32,000 nucleotides of DNA from Candidatus Saccharimonadota bacterium (GTDB lineage Bacteria; Pseudomonadota; Gammaproteobacteria; Enterobacterales; Enterobacteriaceae): NCBI RefSeq assembly GCF_012571795.1, contig NZ_CP046222.1, positions 150,819 to 182,818 on the forward strand. Direction: 5' to 3'. Shown here piece after piece: positions 1 to 9,873 of the stretch. Position 1 is the first letter of the stretch; the number at the start of each line of letters is the position of its first letter. Position numbers and translations under genes: made by a program. The notes under the pieces are model-generated. The model ran no database searches and was not told where the DNA came from. It was given only the letters and a program-made list of their open reading frames with translations.

Positions 1-1787
1 ATTTTTTTATAGATGAAAAATCAAAACAAGCATATCTAACAGAAGATGGGTTAATTTTTTTGGAACATATTTTAGTAGAAAAAAATATACTTAAGATTAA
101 TGAGTCATTATATTCGAGTAAAAATTTAATTTTACTACATTATATTTTAGCAAGTTTAAGAGCACATAAAATTTTTACAAAAAATGTTGATTATATTGTT
201 CAAAATAATAAAATTATTATAGTTGATGAACATACAGGACGTTTAATGGATGGTAGAAGATGGTCTGAAGGATTACATCAAGCGATAGAAGCAAAAGAAA
301 ATGTTAAAATTAATAATGAAAATCAAACTTTAGCTTCTATTACTTTTCAAAATTATTTTAGATTATATCATAAATTATCTGGAATGACGGGTACGGCTAT
401 AACAGAATCATATGAATTTAAAGAAATTTATAAACTTAATACGATTGTTATTCCTACTAATAAACCTATGATTAGAATAGATTTTCCTGATGTAATTTAT
501 TTAACTGAACAAGAAAAAATTCAAGCTATTATTGAAGATATACAAAAAAAATATTATATAGGTCAACCAATTTTAGTTGGTACTATTTCTATAGAAAAAT
601 CAGAATTAATTTCTAAAAAGTTAAAACAAATTAATATTCCTCATAATGTTTTAAATGCTAAATATCATGATAAAGAAGCTGAAATTATTGCACAAGCAGG
701 CACAATGCATTCTGTAACAATTGCCACTAATATGGCTGGGAGAGGTACTGATATAGTTTTAGGCGGTAATATATTATTTTATAAACATCTATCTAATCAA
801 AAAGATAAAAATATAAAATTATCTTGGTTAAAACAACATAAAAAAATTATAAAACTTGGAGGGTTATATGTCATTGGTACAGAACGACATGAATCTAGAA
901 GGATTGATAATCAACTAAGAGGACGTTCAGGACGTCAAGGAGATTGTGGTTCTTCTAGATTTTATTTATCTATGGAGGATTCTTTAATGCGTATTTTTGC
1001 ATCTAAAAATATAACAAATATATTAAGAAGATTAGGTATGAAAAAAAATGAATCTATTGAACATCCATGGATAACAAAAGCAATATGTCAGGCACAAAAA
1101 AAAGTTGAACAATATAATTTTGATATAAGAAAACAACTATTAGAATATGATGATGTTATTAATAATCAACGTATAGCTATTTATCAACAAAGGGATTTAA
1201 TTTTACAATTAACAGATATGAATATTATTATTGACAATTTTAGAAAAGATGTATTTACCACAATAGTTAATAATTATATTAAATCTGAATTATTTACAGA
1301 AAAAACATGGAATATAAAAAAATTAATGCAATATATTTATAATATGTTTAATATTTCTTTGCCTTATAAAAAATGGATAAGTTATACACATAAAACAAAT
1401 AAAACCATTTTTAATAAGCAAATATTATTGAATAATATAATTATGTATACTAAAAAAAAATATGACCAAAAGAAAAAATTTTTAAAAATAGATATAATTA
1501 AACAAATAGAAAAAAATATTATTATAAAAATATTAGATTATGTATGGAAAGAACATTTATCATCATTAGATTATTTAAAACAAGGTATACATTTGAGAGG
1601 ATATGCACAAAAAGATCCTAAACAAGAATATAAAAGAGAAGCATTTTATATGTTTAATACAATGTTAGATGTATTTAAAAAAGAAGTAATTATTTTTATT
1701 AATAAATTACAATTTACAAATAATAATATTAGTTTTGCACAAGAACCAATTAAAACAAATAATATACCTATACCACAATATGATTAA
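1..1787 (+). CDS. secA: Preprotein translocase ATPase SecA, 5'-partial (runs off the window start)
   Basis: Frame 3 is open from base 3 (FFIDEKSKQAYLTEDGLIFLEH...). The TTG at 60 used by the ORF track is therefore internal. The translation aligns with the C-terminal two thirds of E. coli SecA (GMTGTA, ATNMAGRGTDI, GGLYVIGTERHESRRIDNQLRGRSGRQGD). Stop codon at 1785-1787. Confidence 0.95.
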   Translation, partial: FFIDEKSKQAYLTEDGLIFLEHILVEKNILKINESLYSSKNLILLHYILASLRAHKIFTKNVDYIVQNNKIIIVDEHTGRLMDGRRWSEGLHQAIEAKENVKINNENQTLASITFQNYFRLYHKLSGMTGTAITESYEFKEIYKLNTIVIPTNKPMIRIDFPDVIYLTEQEKIQAIIEDIQKKYYIGQPILVGTISIEKSELISKKLKQINIPHNVLNAKYHDKEAEIIAQAGTMHSVTIATNMAGRGTDIVLGGNILFYKHLSNQKDKNIKLSWLKQHKKIIKLGGLYVIGTERHESRRIDNQLRGRSGRQGDCGSSRFYLSMEDSLMRIFASKNITNILRRLGMKKNESIEHPWITKAICQAQKKVEQYNFDIRKQLLEYDDVINNQRIAIYQQRDLILQLTDMNIIIDNFRKDVFTTIVNNYIKSELFTEKTWNIKKLMQYIYNMFNISLPYKKWISYTHKTNKTIFNKQILLNNIIMYTKKKYDQKKKFLKIDIIKQIEKNIIIKILDYVWKEHLSSLDYLKQGIHLRGYAQKDPKQEYKREAFYMFNTMLDVFKKEVIIFINKLQFTNNNISFAQEPIKTNNIPIPQYD

Positions 1788-1867
1788 TAAATATAAACTA
1801 TATAATAAATAATAAATAATTAAATAAATATAAAAAGATTATATAAATCATTTATTTTCTTTTATAT

Positions 1868-1905
1868 AGAGGATATAAAAAATAATTTTATTTGTTATAC
1901 CCTCT
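1868..1905. other. Inverted repeat between convergent secA and dnaJ 3' ends
   Basis: AGAGGATATA (1868-77) and TATACCCTCT (1896-1905) form a 10-bp stem with an 18-nt loop. There is one A.C mismatch in the + transcript, which becomes G.U in the - transcript. Neither strand has a U-tract after the stem. Confidence 0.3.
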
Positions 1906-1918
1906 TAAAAAAAAATAA

Positions 1919-3025
1919 TTATTTTCCTAAATTTCTTAAAAATATTGTTATATTTTTAAGAAAATTTCTAATTAATGGTGTATGTCTATTATCTGAAATA
2001 AGATTAATATTTTTGTCTAAATTAGACAATATATTTTTTTGAGTATTATTTAAATTTATTGGTGTTTCAATTTTTACAGTACATAATAAATCACCCATTA
2101 AACCAGTTTTAATAGAAGGTACTCCTTTATTTCTTATTCTAAATGTTCTGCCAGTTTGTGTTTCAGGAGGTATTTTAATTTTTATGATGCCATTAATAGT
2201 TGGTATATCAACCTCACCACCTAAAGCTGCAGTAGCAAAACTAATAGGTAATTCACAATGTAAATTATTTTCTTCTCTAATAAATAAAAAATGTTTATTA
2301 ATTCTGATTTCTATATATAAGTCTCCAGCTATAGATTTATTATCAGATTCTCCTTCACCATTTAATCTAATTTTATCACCTGTATTAATACCTTTTGGGA
2401 TAGTTACTGATAATTGTTTGTTAGTTTCTATTTTTCCTTTACCATAACAATATATACAAGGATTTTTAATAAATGATCCACGTCCATGACACCTAGGACA
2501 AGTTTGTTGAACAGTAAAAAAACCTTGACTCATCTGTATTTGTCCATGTCCGTGACAAGTATGACATTGTTGTAATGATCCTTGTGAACCTGTACCTTTA
2601 CAATATTTGCAACTTTGTAAAAATGGTATTTTAATTTGTTTTTTAACGCCTGTTATAGATTCTTCTAAAGAAATATTTATAATATATTGTAAATCAGCAC
2701 CTCTGGTTTTTCTATTACTTCTAGTATTGCCAAAAATATCACCAAAAACATCTCCAAAAATATCACTAAAATCAGCTGTTGTATGACTGATATTTTCTTG
2801 TTCAAAAGCAGAATGTCCATATTGATCATATGCAGATCTTTTTTTAGCATCACTTAAAATTTCATAAGCTTGTTTAATTTCTTTAAATTTATTTTCAGAA
2901 TTTTTATCCCCGGGATTACGATCTGGATGAAATTTTATAGCTAAACGTTTATATGCTCTTTTTATTTCTTTATCTGTAGCATCTTTATTAATACTTAAAA
3001 TATCATAATAATCTTTTTTTGCCAT
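1919..3025 (-). CDS. dnaJ: Co-chaperone DnaJ (Hsp40)
   Basis: N-terminal J domain with HPD (KFHPDRNP), a G/F linker (FGDVFGDIFG) and four CxxCxGxG zinc-finger repeats (CKYCKGTG, CHTCHGHG, CPRCHGRG, CIYCYGKG). It lies directly downstream of dnaK, as in E. coli. Confidence 0.97.
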   Translation of the reverse strand: MAKKDYYDILSINKDATDKEIKRAYKRLAIKFHPDRNPGDKNSENKFKEIKQAYEILSDAKKRSAYDQYGHSAFEQENISHTTADFSDIFGDVFGDIFGNTRSNRKTRGADLQYIINISLEESITGVKKQIKIPFLQSCKYCKGTGSQGSLQQCHTCHGHGQIQMSQGFFTVQQTCPRCHGRGSFIKNPCIYCYGKGKIETNKQLSVTIPKGINTGDKIRLNGEGESDNKSIAGDLYIEIRINKHFLFIREENNLHCELPISFATAALGGEVDIPTINGIIKIKIPPETQTGRTFRIRNKGVPSIKTGLMGDLLCTVKIETPINLNNTQKNILSNLDKNINLISDNRHTPLIRNFLKNITIFLRNLGK

Positions 3026-3060
3026 AGTTTCTTACTATCCTATAATCCCCAATAATTTTA

Positions 3061-3106
3061 ATACCGATTAATATATTAAATTATATTATTAATATATAAA
3101 CGGTAT
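3061..3106 (-). other. Inverted repeat / potential RNA stem-loop in the dnaK-dnaJ spacer
   Basis: ATACCG (3061-66) pairs perfectly with CGGTAT (3101-06). The stem extends by about 7 more A:T pairs with one mismatch and one bulge. These are the only G/C bases in the central part of the 115-bp spacer. Confidence 0.3.
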
Positions 3107-3140
3107 CATAATATTGATAATATGTTTTAAAAAAAATATA

Positions 3141-5078
3141 TTATTTTTTATTATCTTTTACTTCTTCAAATTCAGCATCTACTACATTATTATCTTTATT
3201 TGGTTTAGTATTTTGTTGTTTAGTATCTTGTTGTGTATTATTATGTTGTTGTTTTTGATTAATATCATTTTTAGTTAAATTCATGATTTTACTAGATGCT
3301 TCTATTAATTTTTGTATTTTTTGTTTAATATCATCTTTATTTTCATTTTTTAATGATATTTCAAGATCATTAATAATATTATTAATTGATAATTTATCTT
3401 CTTCACTTACTTGTTCTAAAACTTCATTTAATTTTTTTCTTGTACTATGTATAAGTTGATCGCCTTCATTACGTATTTTAACTAATTCTTCAAAATGTTT
3501 ATCTGCTTCAGTATTAACTTCAGCATCTCTAATCATTTTTGCAACTTCATCATCATTTAAACCAGATGATGCCTTAATAGTAATATTTTGTTCTTTACCA
3601 CTATTTTTATCTTTAGCTGAAACATGTAAAATACCATCTGCATCTATATCAAAAGTAACTTCAATTTGTGGTATACCTCTTGGCGCTGGATTAATGCCAT
3701 CTAAATTAAATTGTCCTAATGATTTATTATCTCTTGCTCTTTTACGTTCTCCTTGTACAATATGTATTGTTACAGATGATTGATTATCTTCAGCAGTAGA
3801 AAATATTTGACTATGTTTAGTAGGTATAGTTGTATTTTTATTAATAAGTGTTGTCATTACTCCACCCATTGTTTCAATACCTAATGATAAAGGTGTTACA
3901 TCTAATAATAATACATCTTTAACATCGCCTGCTAAAACCCCACCTTGTACTGCAGCACCAATAGCTACTGCTTCATCTGGATTAACATCTTTTCGTGGTT
4001 CTTTACCAAAAAAATCTGCTACTTTTCTTTGTACCATAGGCATACGAGTTTGTCCACCTACTAAAATAATATCATTAATATCTGAAATAGATAATGTTGC
4101 ATCTTTTAAAGCCATTTTTAATGGATTAATTGATTTATCTACTAAATCTTCAACTAAAGATTCTAATTTAGCACGTGTTAGTTTAATATTTAAATGTTTA
4201 GGACCTGATGCATCGGCTGTAATATATGGTAAATTAACATCTGTATGTTGTGCTGATGATAATTCAATTTTTGCTTTTTCTGCTGTTTCTTTTAATCTTT
4301 GCATTGCTAAAGGATCATTTTTTAAATCTATTCCTTGATCTTTTTTAAATTCTGTTACTAAATAATTAATAATTCTACTATCAAAATCTTCACCACCTAA
4401 ATGTGTATCACCATTAGTAGCTAATACTTCAAAAGTTTTTTCTCCATCAACATCATCAATTTCAATTATAGAAATATCAAAAGTTCCACCACCTAAATCA
4501 TATACTGCAATTGTTCTATTACCTTTGTCTTTATCTAAACCATATGCTAATGCTGCTGCTGTTGGTTCATTAATAATACGTTTTACTTCTAAACCGGCGA
4601 TTTTACCAGCATCTTTAGTTGCTTGTCTTTGCGCATCATTAAAGTATGCAGGTACAGTTATAACAGCTGCACTAACTTTAGTACCTAAAAAATCTTCAGC
4701 TGTTTTTTTCATTTTTTTTAGTACTTCTGCTGAAATTTGTGGTGGAGCCATTTTTTTACCTTGAATATCAATCCACGCATCACCATTATCAGATTCAGTA
4801 ATTTTATACGGCATAATTTTAATATCGCGTTGTACTTCTTCATCTTGAAAACGTCTACCAATTAATCTTTTAATAGCAAAAAGAGTATTTTTAGGATTAG
4901 TAATAGCTTGGCGTTTCGCTGGTTGACCAACTAGAATTTCACCATCTTTAGTATAAGCAATTACAGATGGAGTTGTTCTATCACCTTCTGAGTTTTCTAA
5001 AACACGGGGTTTATTGCCATCTATAATAGCTACACATGAATTTGTTGTACCTAAATCAATACCAATTATCTTACTCAT
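3141..5078 (-). CDS. dnaK: Chaperone DnaK (Hsp70)
   Basis: Hsp70 signatures [23 protein letters not shown] and [11 protein letters not shown], plus the C-terminal [11 protein letters not shown] tail. AGGGA Shine-Dalgarno upstream of the ATG at 5078. Confidence 0.98.
   Translation of the reverse strand: MSKIIGIDLGTTNSCVAIIDGNKPRVLENSEGDRTTPSVIAYTKDGEILVGQPAKRQAITNPKNTLFAIKRLIGRRFQDEEVQRDIKIMPYKITESDNGDAWIDIQGKKMAPPQISAEVLKKMKKTAEDFLGTKVSAAVITVPAYFNDAQRQATKDAGKIAGLEVKRIINEPTAAALAYGLDKDKGNRTIAVYDLGGGTFDISIIEIDDVDGEKTFEVLATNGDTHLGGEDFDSRIINYLVTEFKKDQGIDLKNDPLAMQRLKETAEKAKIELSSAQHTDVNLPYITADASGPKHLNIKLTRAKLESLVEDLVDKSINPLKMALKDATLSISDINDIILVGGQTRMPMVQRKVADFFGKEPRKDVNPDEAVAIGAAVQGGVLAGDVKDVLLLDVTPLSLGIETMGGVMTTLINKNTTIPTKHSQIFSTAEDNQSSVTIHIVQGERKRARDNKSLGQFNLDGINPAPRGIPQIEVTFDIDADGILHVSAKDKNSGKEQNITIKASSGLNDDEVAKMIRDAEVNTEADKHFEELVKIRNEGDQLIHSTRKKLNEVLEQVSEEDKLSINNIINDLEISLKNENKDDIKQKIQKLIEASSKIMNLTKNDINQKQQHNNTQQDTKQQNTKPNKDNNVVDAEFEEVKDNKK
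3205..3250 (-). repeat. Imperfect 15-16 nt tandem triplication inside the dnaK 3' end
   Basis: TAGTATTTTGTTGTT / TAGTATCTTGTTGTG / TATTATTATGTTGTTG on the + strand. It encodes the Q/N/T/K-rich stretch ([19 protein letters not shown]) of the disordered DnaK tail. Confidence 0.4.
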
Positions 5079-5178
5079 TTTTTATTTCCCTAATTTTTTT
5101 AGTATCAAAAATATTATATATAAACTTTAGTAAAAAAATATTATAATATTTATAAAACAATCATACTTAATGACAAGG

Positions 5179-5208
5179 AGATGGGGACACATATTTACGC
5201 ATCAAGGG
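5179..5208 (-). promoter_or_regulatory. Sigma-32 (RpoH) heat-shock promoter of the dnaK-dnaJ operon
   Basis: The minus strand reads CCCTTGAT (5208-5201), then 14 nt, then CCCCATCT (5186-5179). The E. coli RpoH consensus is CCCTTGAA-N13-17-CCCCATNT. This is the only G/C-rich patch in an otherwise almost pure A/T 341-bp spacer, about 100 nt upstream of the dnaK ATG. Confidence 0.65.
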
Positions 5209-5419
5209 TATTATATATATTTTTTCATTTTTTTAGATAATTTATAGTATATATTTTATTTTTTTAAAAAAAAAAGATATATATTCATAAATTATATAAG
5301 TATATATTATATATTAATTATATAATTAATTTAATTAATATAAAGATATTAATTTTAATAATAAATATTAAAAAATATATATTTTTATTTTTAAAGTAAC
5401 GTATTAATAAGGATAATAT

Positions 5420-6922
5420 ATGAAATATCTATTAGAAAATATAACATGTAAAAAAAAAATTGATTGTATTATTATGCCAATTTTTAAAAATTATATTATA
5501 CCAGAAGATACACAAATAATTAATAATTTAACAAATAATTATATTATAAATTTTATAAAAAAAAATCATTTTCAAGGCAAACTTAATAATTTAATTACAT
5601 TATATAATATTAATGTACCTAATCTTATAATCAATAAGATTATTATTGTAGGATGTGGTACACAAGAAAAAATCAATAGAATGAGATTTCATAATATTAT
5701 TAATAATATTATTATTTATATTAAAAAACTATACATAAAAGAATGTATGTGGTTATTAGTTAATTTAAAAATACCAAAATATAATATTTATTGGAACATA
5801 CGTGATACAATTAATATTATTGAAAATAATTTATATTGTTTAAATACATTTAAAAAAAACAAAAACAGTTATAATATACAAAAATTATTATTTCATGTAA
5901 ATGATATATATGATAATAATTGTATTATTGCTATTAAACATGCTATGGCAATAAATCAAGGTATTTTAAAGGCAAAAAATTTAGCTAATTTACCACCTAA
6001 TATATGTAATCCTCAATATTTAGTTAAACAAGTATATAAATTATCAGAAGAATTCCCGGAGAGCATTACTATAGATATTATTGATGAAAAATCAATGAAT
6101 ATATTGAATATGAATGCTTATTTAGCTGTAAGTAAAGGCAGTAAAAATCAAGCACTAATGTCTATTATTCATTATAATAATACTAATTGTAATACTACTC
6201 CTCCAATAGTTTTAATTGGTAAGGGTCTAACTTTTGATTCTGGGGGGTTATCTTTAAAACCAAGTCATAATATGCATGAAATGAAATATGATATGTGTGG
6301 TGCAGCATCTATATATGGTATAATGTATACCATCGCAAAATTAAAATTACCATTACATGTTATTGGATTAATGTTAGGTTGCGAAAATATGCCTGATGGT
6401 GATGCAATACGTCCTGGTGATATTATTAAAACAATGTCAGGAATTACTGTTGAAATAAAAAATACAGATGCAGAAGGAAGACTTGTTTTATGTGATGCTT
6501 TAACTTATGTAAACAGATTTAATCCTAAATATGTAATAGATATAGCAACATTAACAGGAGCATGTGTTATTGCATTAGGACATAATATTAGTGGTTTAAT
6601 GTCTAATAGTCATACATTATCAAAACAAATTCAACAAGCTTCATCAGAAACAAATGATAGAGTTTGGAAATTACCAATTAATGATATTAATTATTTTAAT
6701 CAATTATATTCTAATATAGCTGATATATCTAATATTGGTAATAATAATGCAGGTTCTGCAATAACTGCAGCATGTTTTTTAGCTAAATTTGCTAAACCAT
6801 ATAAATGGGCTCATATAGATATTGCTGGTACCGCATGGACATATGATGAACATAATCAAGCAATAGCATCAGGAAGACCAGTTAATTTAATATGTCAATT
6901 ATTACTTAATAATATTAGTTAA
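5420..6922 (+). CDS. pepA: Leucyl/cytosol aminopeptidase PepA (M17 family)
   Basis: M17 signature NTDAEGRLVLCDAL and metal-ligand region GKGLTFDSGG. 500 aa versus 503 in E. coli. AGGA Shine-Dalgarno before the ATG. Confidence 0.95.
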   Translation: MKYLLENITCKKKIDCIIMPIFKNYIIPEDTQIINNLTNNYIINFIKKNHFQGKLNNLITLYNINVPNLIINKIIIVGCGTQEKINRMRFHNIINNIIIYIKKLYIKECMWLLVNLKIPKYNIYWNIRDTINIIENNLYCLNTFKKNKNSYNIQKLLFHVNDIYDNNCIIAIKHAMAINQGILKAKNLANLPPNICNPQYLVKQVYKLSEEFPESITIDIIDEKSMNILNMNAYLAVSKGSKNQALMSIIHYNNTNCNTTPPIVLIGKGLTFDSGGLSLKPSHNMHEMKYDMCGAASIYGIMYTIAKLKLPLHVIGLMLGCENMPDGDAIRPGDIIKTMSGITVEIKNTDAEGRLVLCDALTYVNRFNPKYVIDIATLTGACVIALGHNISGLMSNSHTLSKQIQQASSETNDRVWKLPINDINYFNQLYSNIADISNIGNNNAGSAITAACFLAKFAKPYKWAHIDIAGTAWTYDEHNQAIASGRPVNLICQLLLNNIS

Positions 6923-6971
6923 TAAATTAATATTTATTAAATATACAAAATTATATTTTTTTATATAGGAT

Positions 6972-9824
6972 ATGATTATGAATAATAAATATAATCCTAA
7001 TAGTTTTGAAAAAAATATTTATGATTTTTGGGAAAAAAATAATTTTTTTCAACAAAAAATTAATATTAATAAAAAGAATTTTTCTATTATGGTACCACCA
7101 CCTAACATTACTGGATATTTACATATAGGACATGCTTTGCAATATAATATTATTGATATTATAATTCGTTATCAACGGATGTTAGGTAAAAACATTTTAT
7201 GTCAAGTAGGTATAGATCATGCTGGTATTGCAACACAAAATTTAATAGAAAAAGAAATTTTTGCTACAACAGGTAAAACAAAAAAATACTATAATAAAGA
7301 ATATTTTTTACAAAAAGCATGGTTATGGAAAAAAAAATATATTCCAATTATTATCCAACAAATGAAACGTATTGGATTATCTGCTAATTGGGAAAATATA
7401 AGATTTACTATGGATAAACATTTTTCTCAATCAGTACAAAATATTTTTATTAAACTATATGAACAGGGATTAATATATAAAAAAACAAGACTAGTACATT
7501 GGGATACTACATTAAAAACAGTTCTTTCTGATTTAGAAGTAGAACACCGATTATGTCAAACAAATATTTGGCATATAAAATATATGTTGTTTAATAATGT
7601 TAAAACAATAGATAATAAATCATATATTATTGTAACAACAACTAGACCTGAAACATTATTAGCAGATACAGCTATTGCTGTTAATCCAAAAGATGTTAGA
7701 TATCAAAATCTTATTGGTAAATATGTAATTGTACCAATAATTAATAGGAAAATACCTATTATTCAAGATGATCATGCAGAAATTAATAAAGGTACAGGTT
7801 GTGTAAAAATTAGTCCTGCACATGATTTTGATGATTATCAAGTTGCTGTACGTCATCAATTACCTTTAATTAAGATATTTAATATTGAAGGTCATATTTT
7901 AAATCATTATAAAATTTACTCCGTTAATGGTGAAAAACTTCAGATTTATTCTGATATAATACCTTATAAATTTCATAAATTAAATTATATACAAACACGT
8001 AAAATTATTATTCAAGAATTAAATACACAAAAGTTAATATGTTCTATTATAACACAAAATAGCTTAATACCATATAGTACACGTAGTAATACTATTATAT
8101 TACCTATGTTAACCAAACAATGGTATTTAAATACTAAAATTTTATCTACACAAGCTATCAAGGCTGTAAAAAATAAACAAATTCAATTTATCCCTAAACA
8201 ATACGAAAACATGTTTTTTTCCTGGATGAATAACTTACAAGATTGGTGTATTTCTAGACAATTATGGTGGGGTCATCCAATTCCCGCATGGTATGATAAA
8301 CATAATAATATCTATGTTGGTAAAAATATTACAGATATTAGAAAAAAATATTCTTTAACAACAAATATTATTCTTAAACAAGATACTGATGTTTTAGATA
8401 CTTGGTTTTCTTCTAGTTTATGGACTTTTATTACATTAGATTGGCCTAGTAAAAATATAAATTTTGATTTATTTCACCCTACTAGTATAATAGTAAGTGG
8501 TTTTGATATTATATATTTTTGGATTGCTAGGATGATTATGATGACAATGCATTTTGTTAAAGATAAAAATAATTGTGCACAAATTCCTTTTAAAAAAATA
8601 TTAATGACTGGTCTTGTAAGAGATGCATATGGTCATAAAATGTCTAAATCTAAAGGTAATGTTATTAATCCAATTAATCTAATTGAACATAATAATACTA
8701 TTTTTAGTAAAAACATACAAAACATAGAATCACATTCTGATTTTAAAAATTTAACATATCAAAATCAAAAAAATAATATAAAAAATCAAGGATATGGAGC
8801 AGATGCAGTTAGATTTACTTTAGCAGCTCTATCAACTACAGGTCGTGATATATATTGGGATATGACACGATTAGAAGGGTATCGTAATTTTTGTAATAAA
8901 ATTTGGAATGCTGGTATTTTTATTTTGAAATATATAAATTTTGATTTAATTAAAAAAAAATGTCAATTATCTATAGCAGATAAATGGATTATATCAGAGT
9001 ATAATATTATTATTAAGGATTATACTACAGCATTAAATAAATATCGTTTTGATATTGCTGCAAATTTATTATATAATTTTATATGGAATAAGTTTTGTGA
9101 TTGGTATTTAGAATACATTAAATATGTTATACAAATAAATGATTTAGAAAATATAAATGGTATACATTATACTTTATATTATGTATTTGAATCATTATTA
9201 CGATTATCACATCCTATTATACCATTTATAACAGAAGTACTTTGGCAAAAAATTCAACAACAAGATAATATTAAACAATATAATAATATTAGTATTATAT
9301 CACAATCATTCCCAATACAAAATAAAGTACTTATAGATTATAATATTATAAATATGTTTAATTTATTTACATTATTAGTTACAACAGTACGTAGTAATAA
9401 GGTAGAAATGAATATTTATAATAAAATAGATTTATACATAAAAAATTATAATGATACATTTAAAATAGTCTTAAAAAATAATATTAATGTATTAAAAAAA
9501 TTTTTAAATTTAAAAAACATTTTTTATCTGGATATACATGAGTTTTTTCCAAAAACATCATTAATTTTTCAAATAAATAATATTGAATGTGCCATACCAT
9601 TAAATATAAAGATAATTGATAAAAAATTTTTATTAAATAAAATTAATCAAAAATTAACAGATAATCAAAAAATTATAGATAAAATTAATATCAGTATAAA
9701 TAATCATAATTTTTTAAGCAAAGCCCCACAACATATTATAAAAAAATATTATAATCAAATTAATATATGTAAAAAAGTTAAAAAAGAGTTATTAAATAAA
9801 TATAAATTAATTATAAACATATGA
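6972..9824 (+). CDS. valS: Valine--tRNA ligase (ValRS)
   Basis: Class I motifs PPPNITGYLHIGHAL (HIGH) and KMSKSKGN, plus a C-terminal coiled-coil region. About 950 aa, as in E. coli. The second ATG at 6978 is 7 nt after the AGGA at 6967-6970 and may be the true start. Confidence 0.96.
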   Translation: MIMNNKYNPNSFEKNIYDFWEKNNFFQQKININKKNFSIMVPPPNITGYLHIGHALQYNIIDIIIRYQRMLGKNILCQVGIDHAGIATQNLIEKEIFATTGKTKKYYNKEYFLQKAWLWKKKYIPIIIQQMKRIGLSANWENIRFTMDKHFSQSVQNIFIKLYEQGLIYKKTRLVHWDTTLKTVLSDLEVEHRLCQTNIWHIKYMLFNNVKTIDNKSYIIVTTTRPETLLADTAIAVNPKDVRYQNLIGKYVIVPIINRKIPIIQDDHAEINKGTGCVKISPAHDFDDYQVAVRHQLPLIKIFNIEGHILNHYKIYSVNGEKLQIYSDIIPYKFHKLNYIQTRKIIIQELNTQKLICSIITQNSLIPYSTRSNTIILPMLTKQWYLNTKILSTQAIKAVKNKQIQFIPKQYENMFFSWMNNLQDWCISRQLWWGHPIPAWYDKHNNIYVGKNITDIRKKYSLTTNIILKQDTDVLDTWFSSSLWTFITLDWPSKNINFDLFHPTSIIVSGFDIIYFWIARMIMMTMHFVKDKNNCAQIPFKKILMTGLVRDAYGHKMSKSKGNVINPINLIEHNNTIFSKNIQNIESHSDFKNLTYQNQKNNIKNQGYGADAVRFTLAALSTTGRDIYWDMTRLEGYRNFCNKIWNAGIFILKYINFDLIKKKCQLSIADKWIISEYNIIIKDYTTALNKYRFDIAANLLYNFIWNKFCDWYLEYIKYVIQINDLENINGIHYTLYYVFESLLRLSHPIIPFITEVLWQKIQQQDNIKQYNNISIISQSFPIQNKVLIDYNIINMFNLFTLLVTTVRSNKVEMNIYNKIDLYIKNYNDTFKIVLKNNINVLKKFLNLKNIFYLDIHEFFPKTSLIFQINNIECAIPLNIKIIDKKFLLNKINQKLTDNQKIIDKINISINNHNFLSKAPQHIIKKYYNQINICKKVKKELLNKYKLIINI

Positions 9825-9873
9825 ATTTATCTAGTAATATTTTTTTATTTTACCAAAAGTAGATAATAAAATC

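Noticed and set aside
2184-2447. 87-aa ORF on the + strand inside dnaJ
   Set aside because: It lies entirely antisense to a strongly supported dnaJ CDS. The product is low-complexity with no recognisable motifs. This is a typical shadow ORF.
4525-4764. 79-aa ORF on the + strand inside dnaK
   Set aside because: It is antisense to the best-conserved part of dnaK. It is a shadow ORF created by the relatively GC-rich, stop-poor complementary frame.
5170-5247. 25-codon ORF (MTRRWGHIFTHQGYYIYFFIFLDNL) in the dnaK/pepA spacer
   Set aside because: It has no Shine-Dalgarno. Its unusual non-AT codons are simply the reverse complement of the sigma-32 promoter boxes, which explain the sequence better.
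7659-7859. 66-aa ORF on the - strand inside valS
   Set aside because: It is antisense to valS, with no Shine-Dalgarno and no similarity to any family I recognise.
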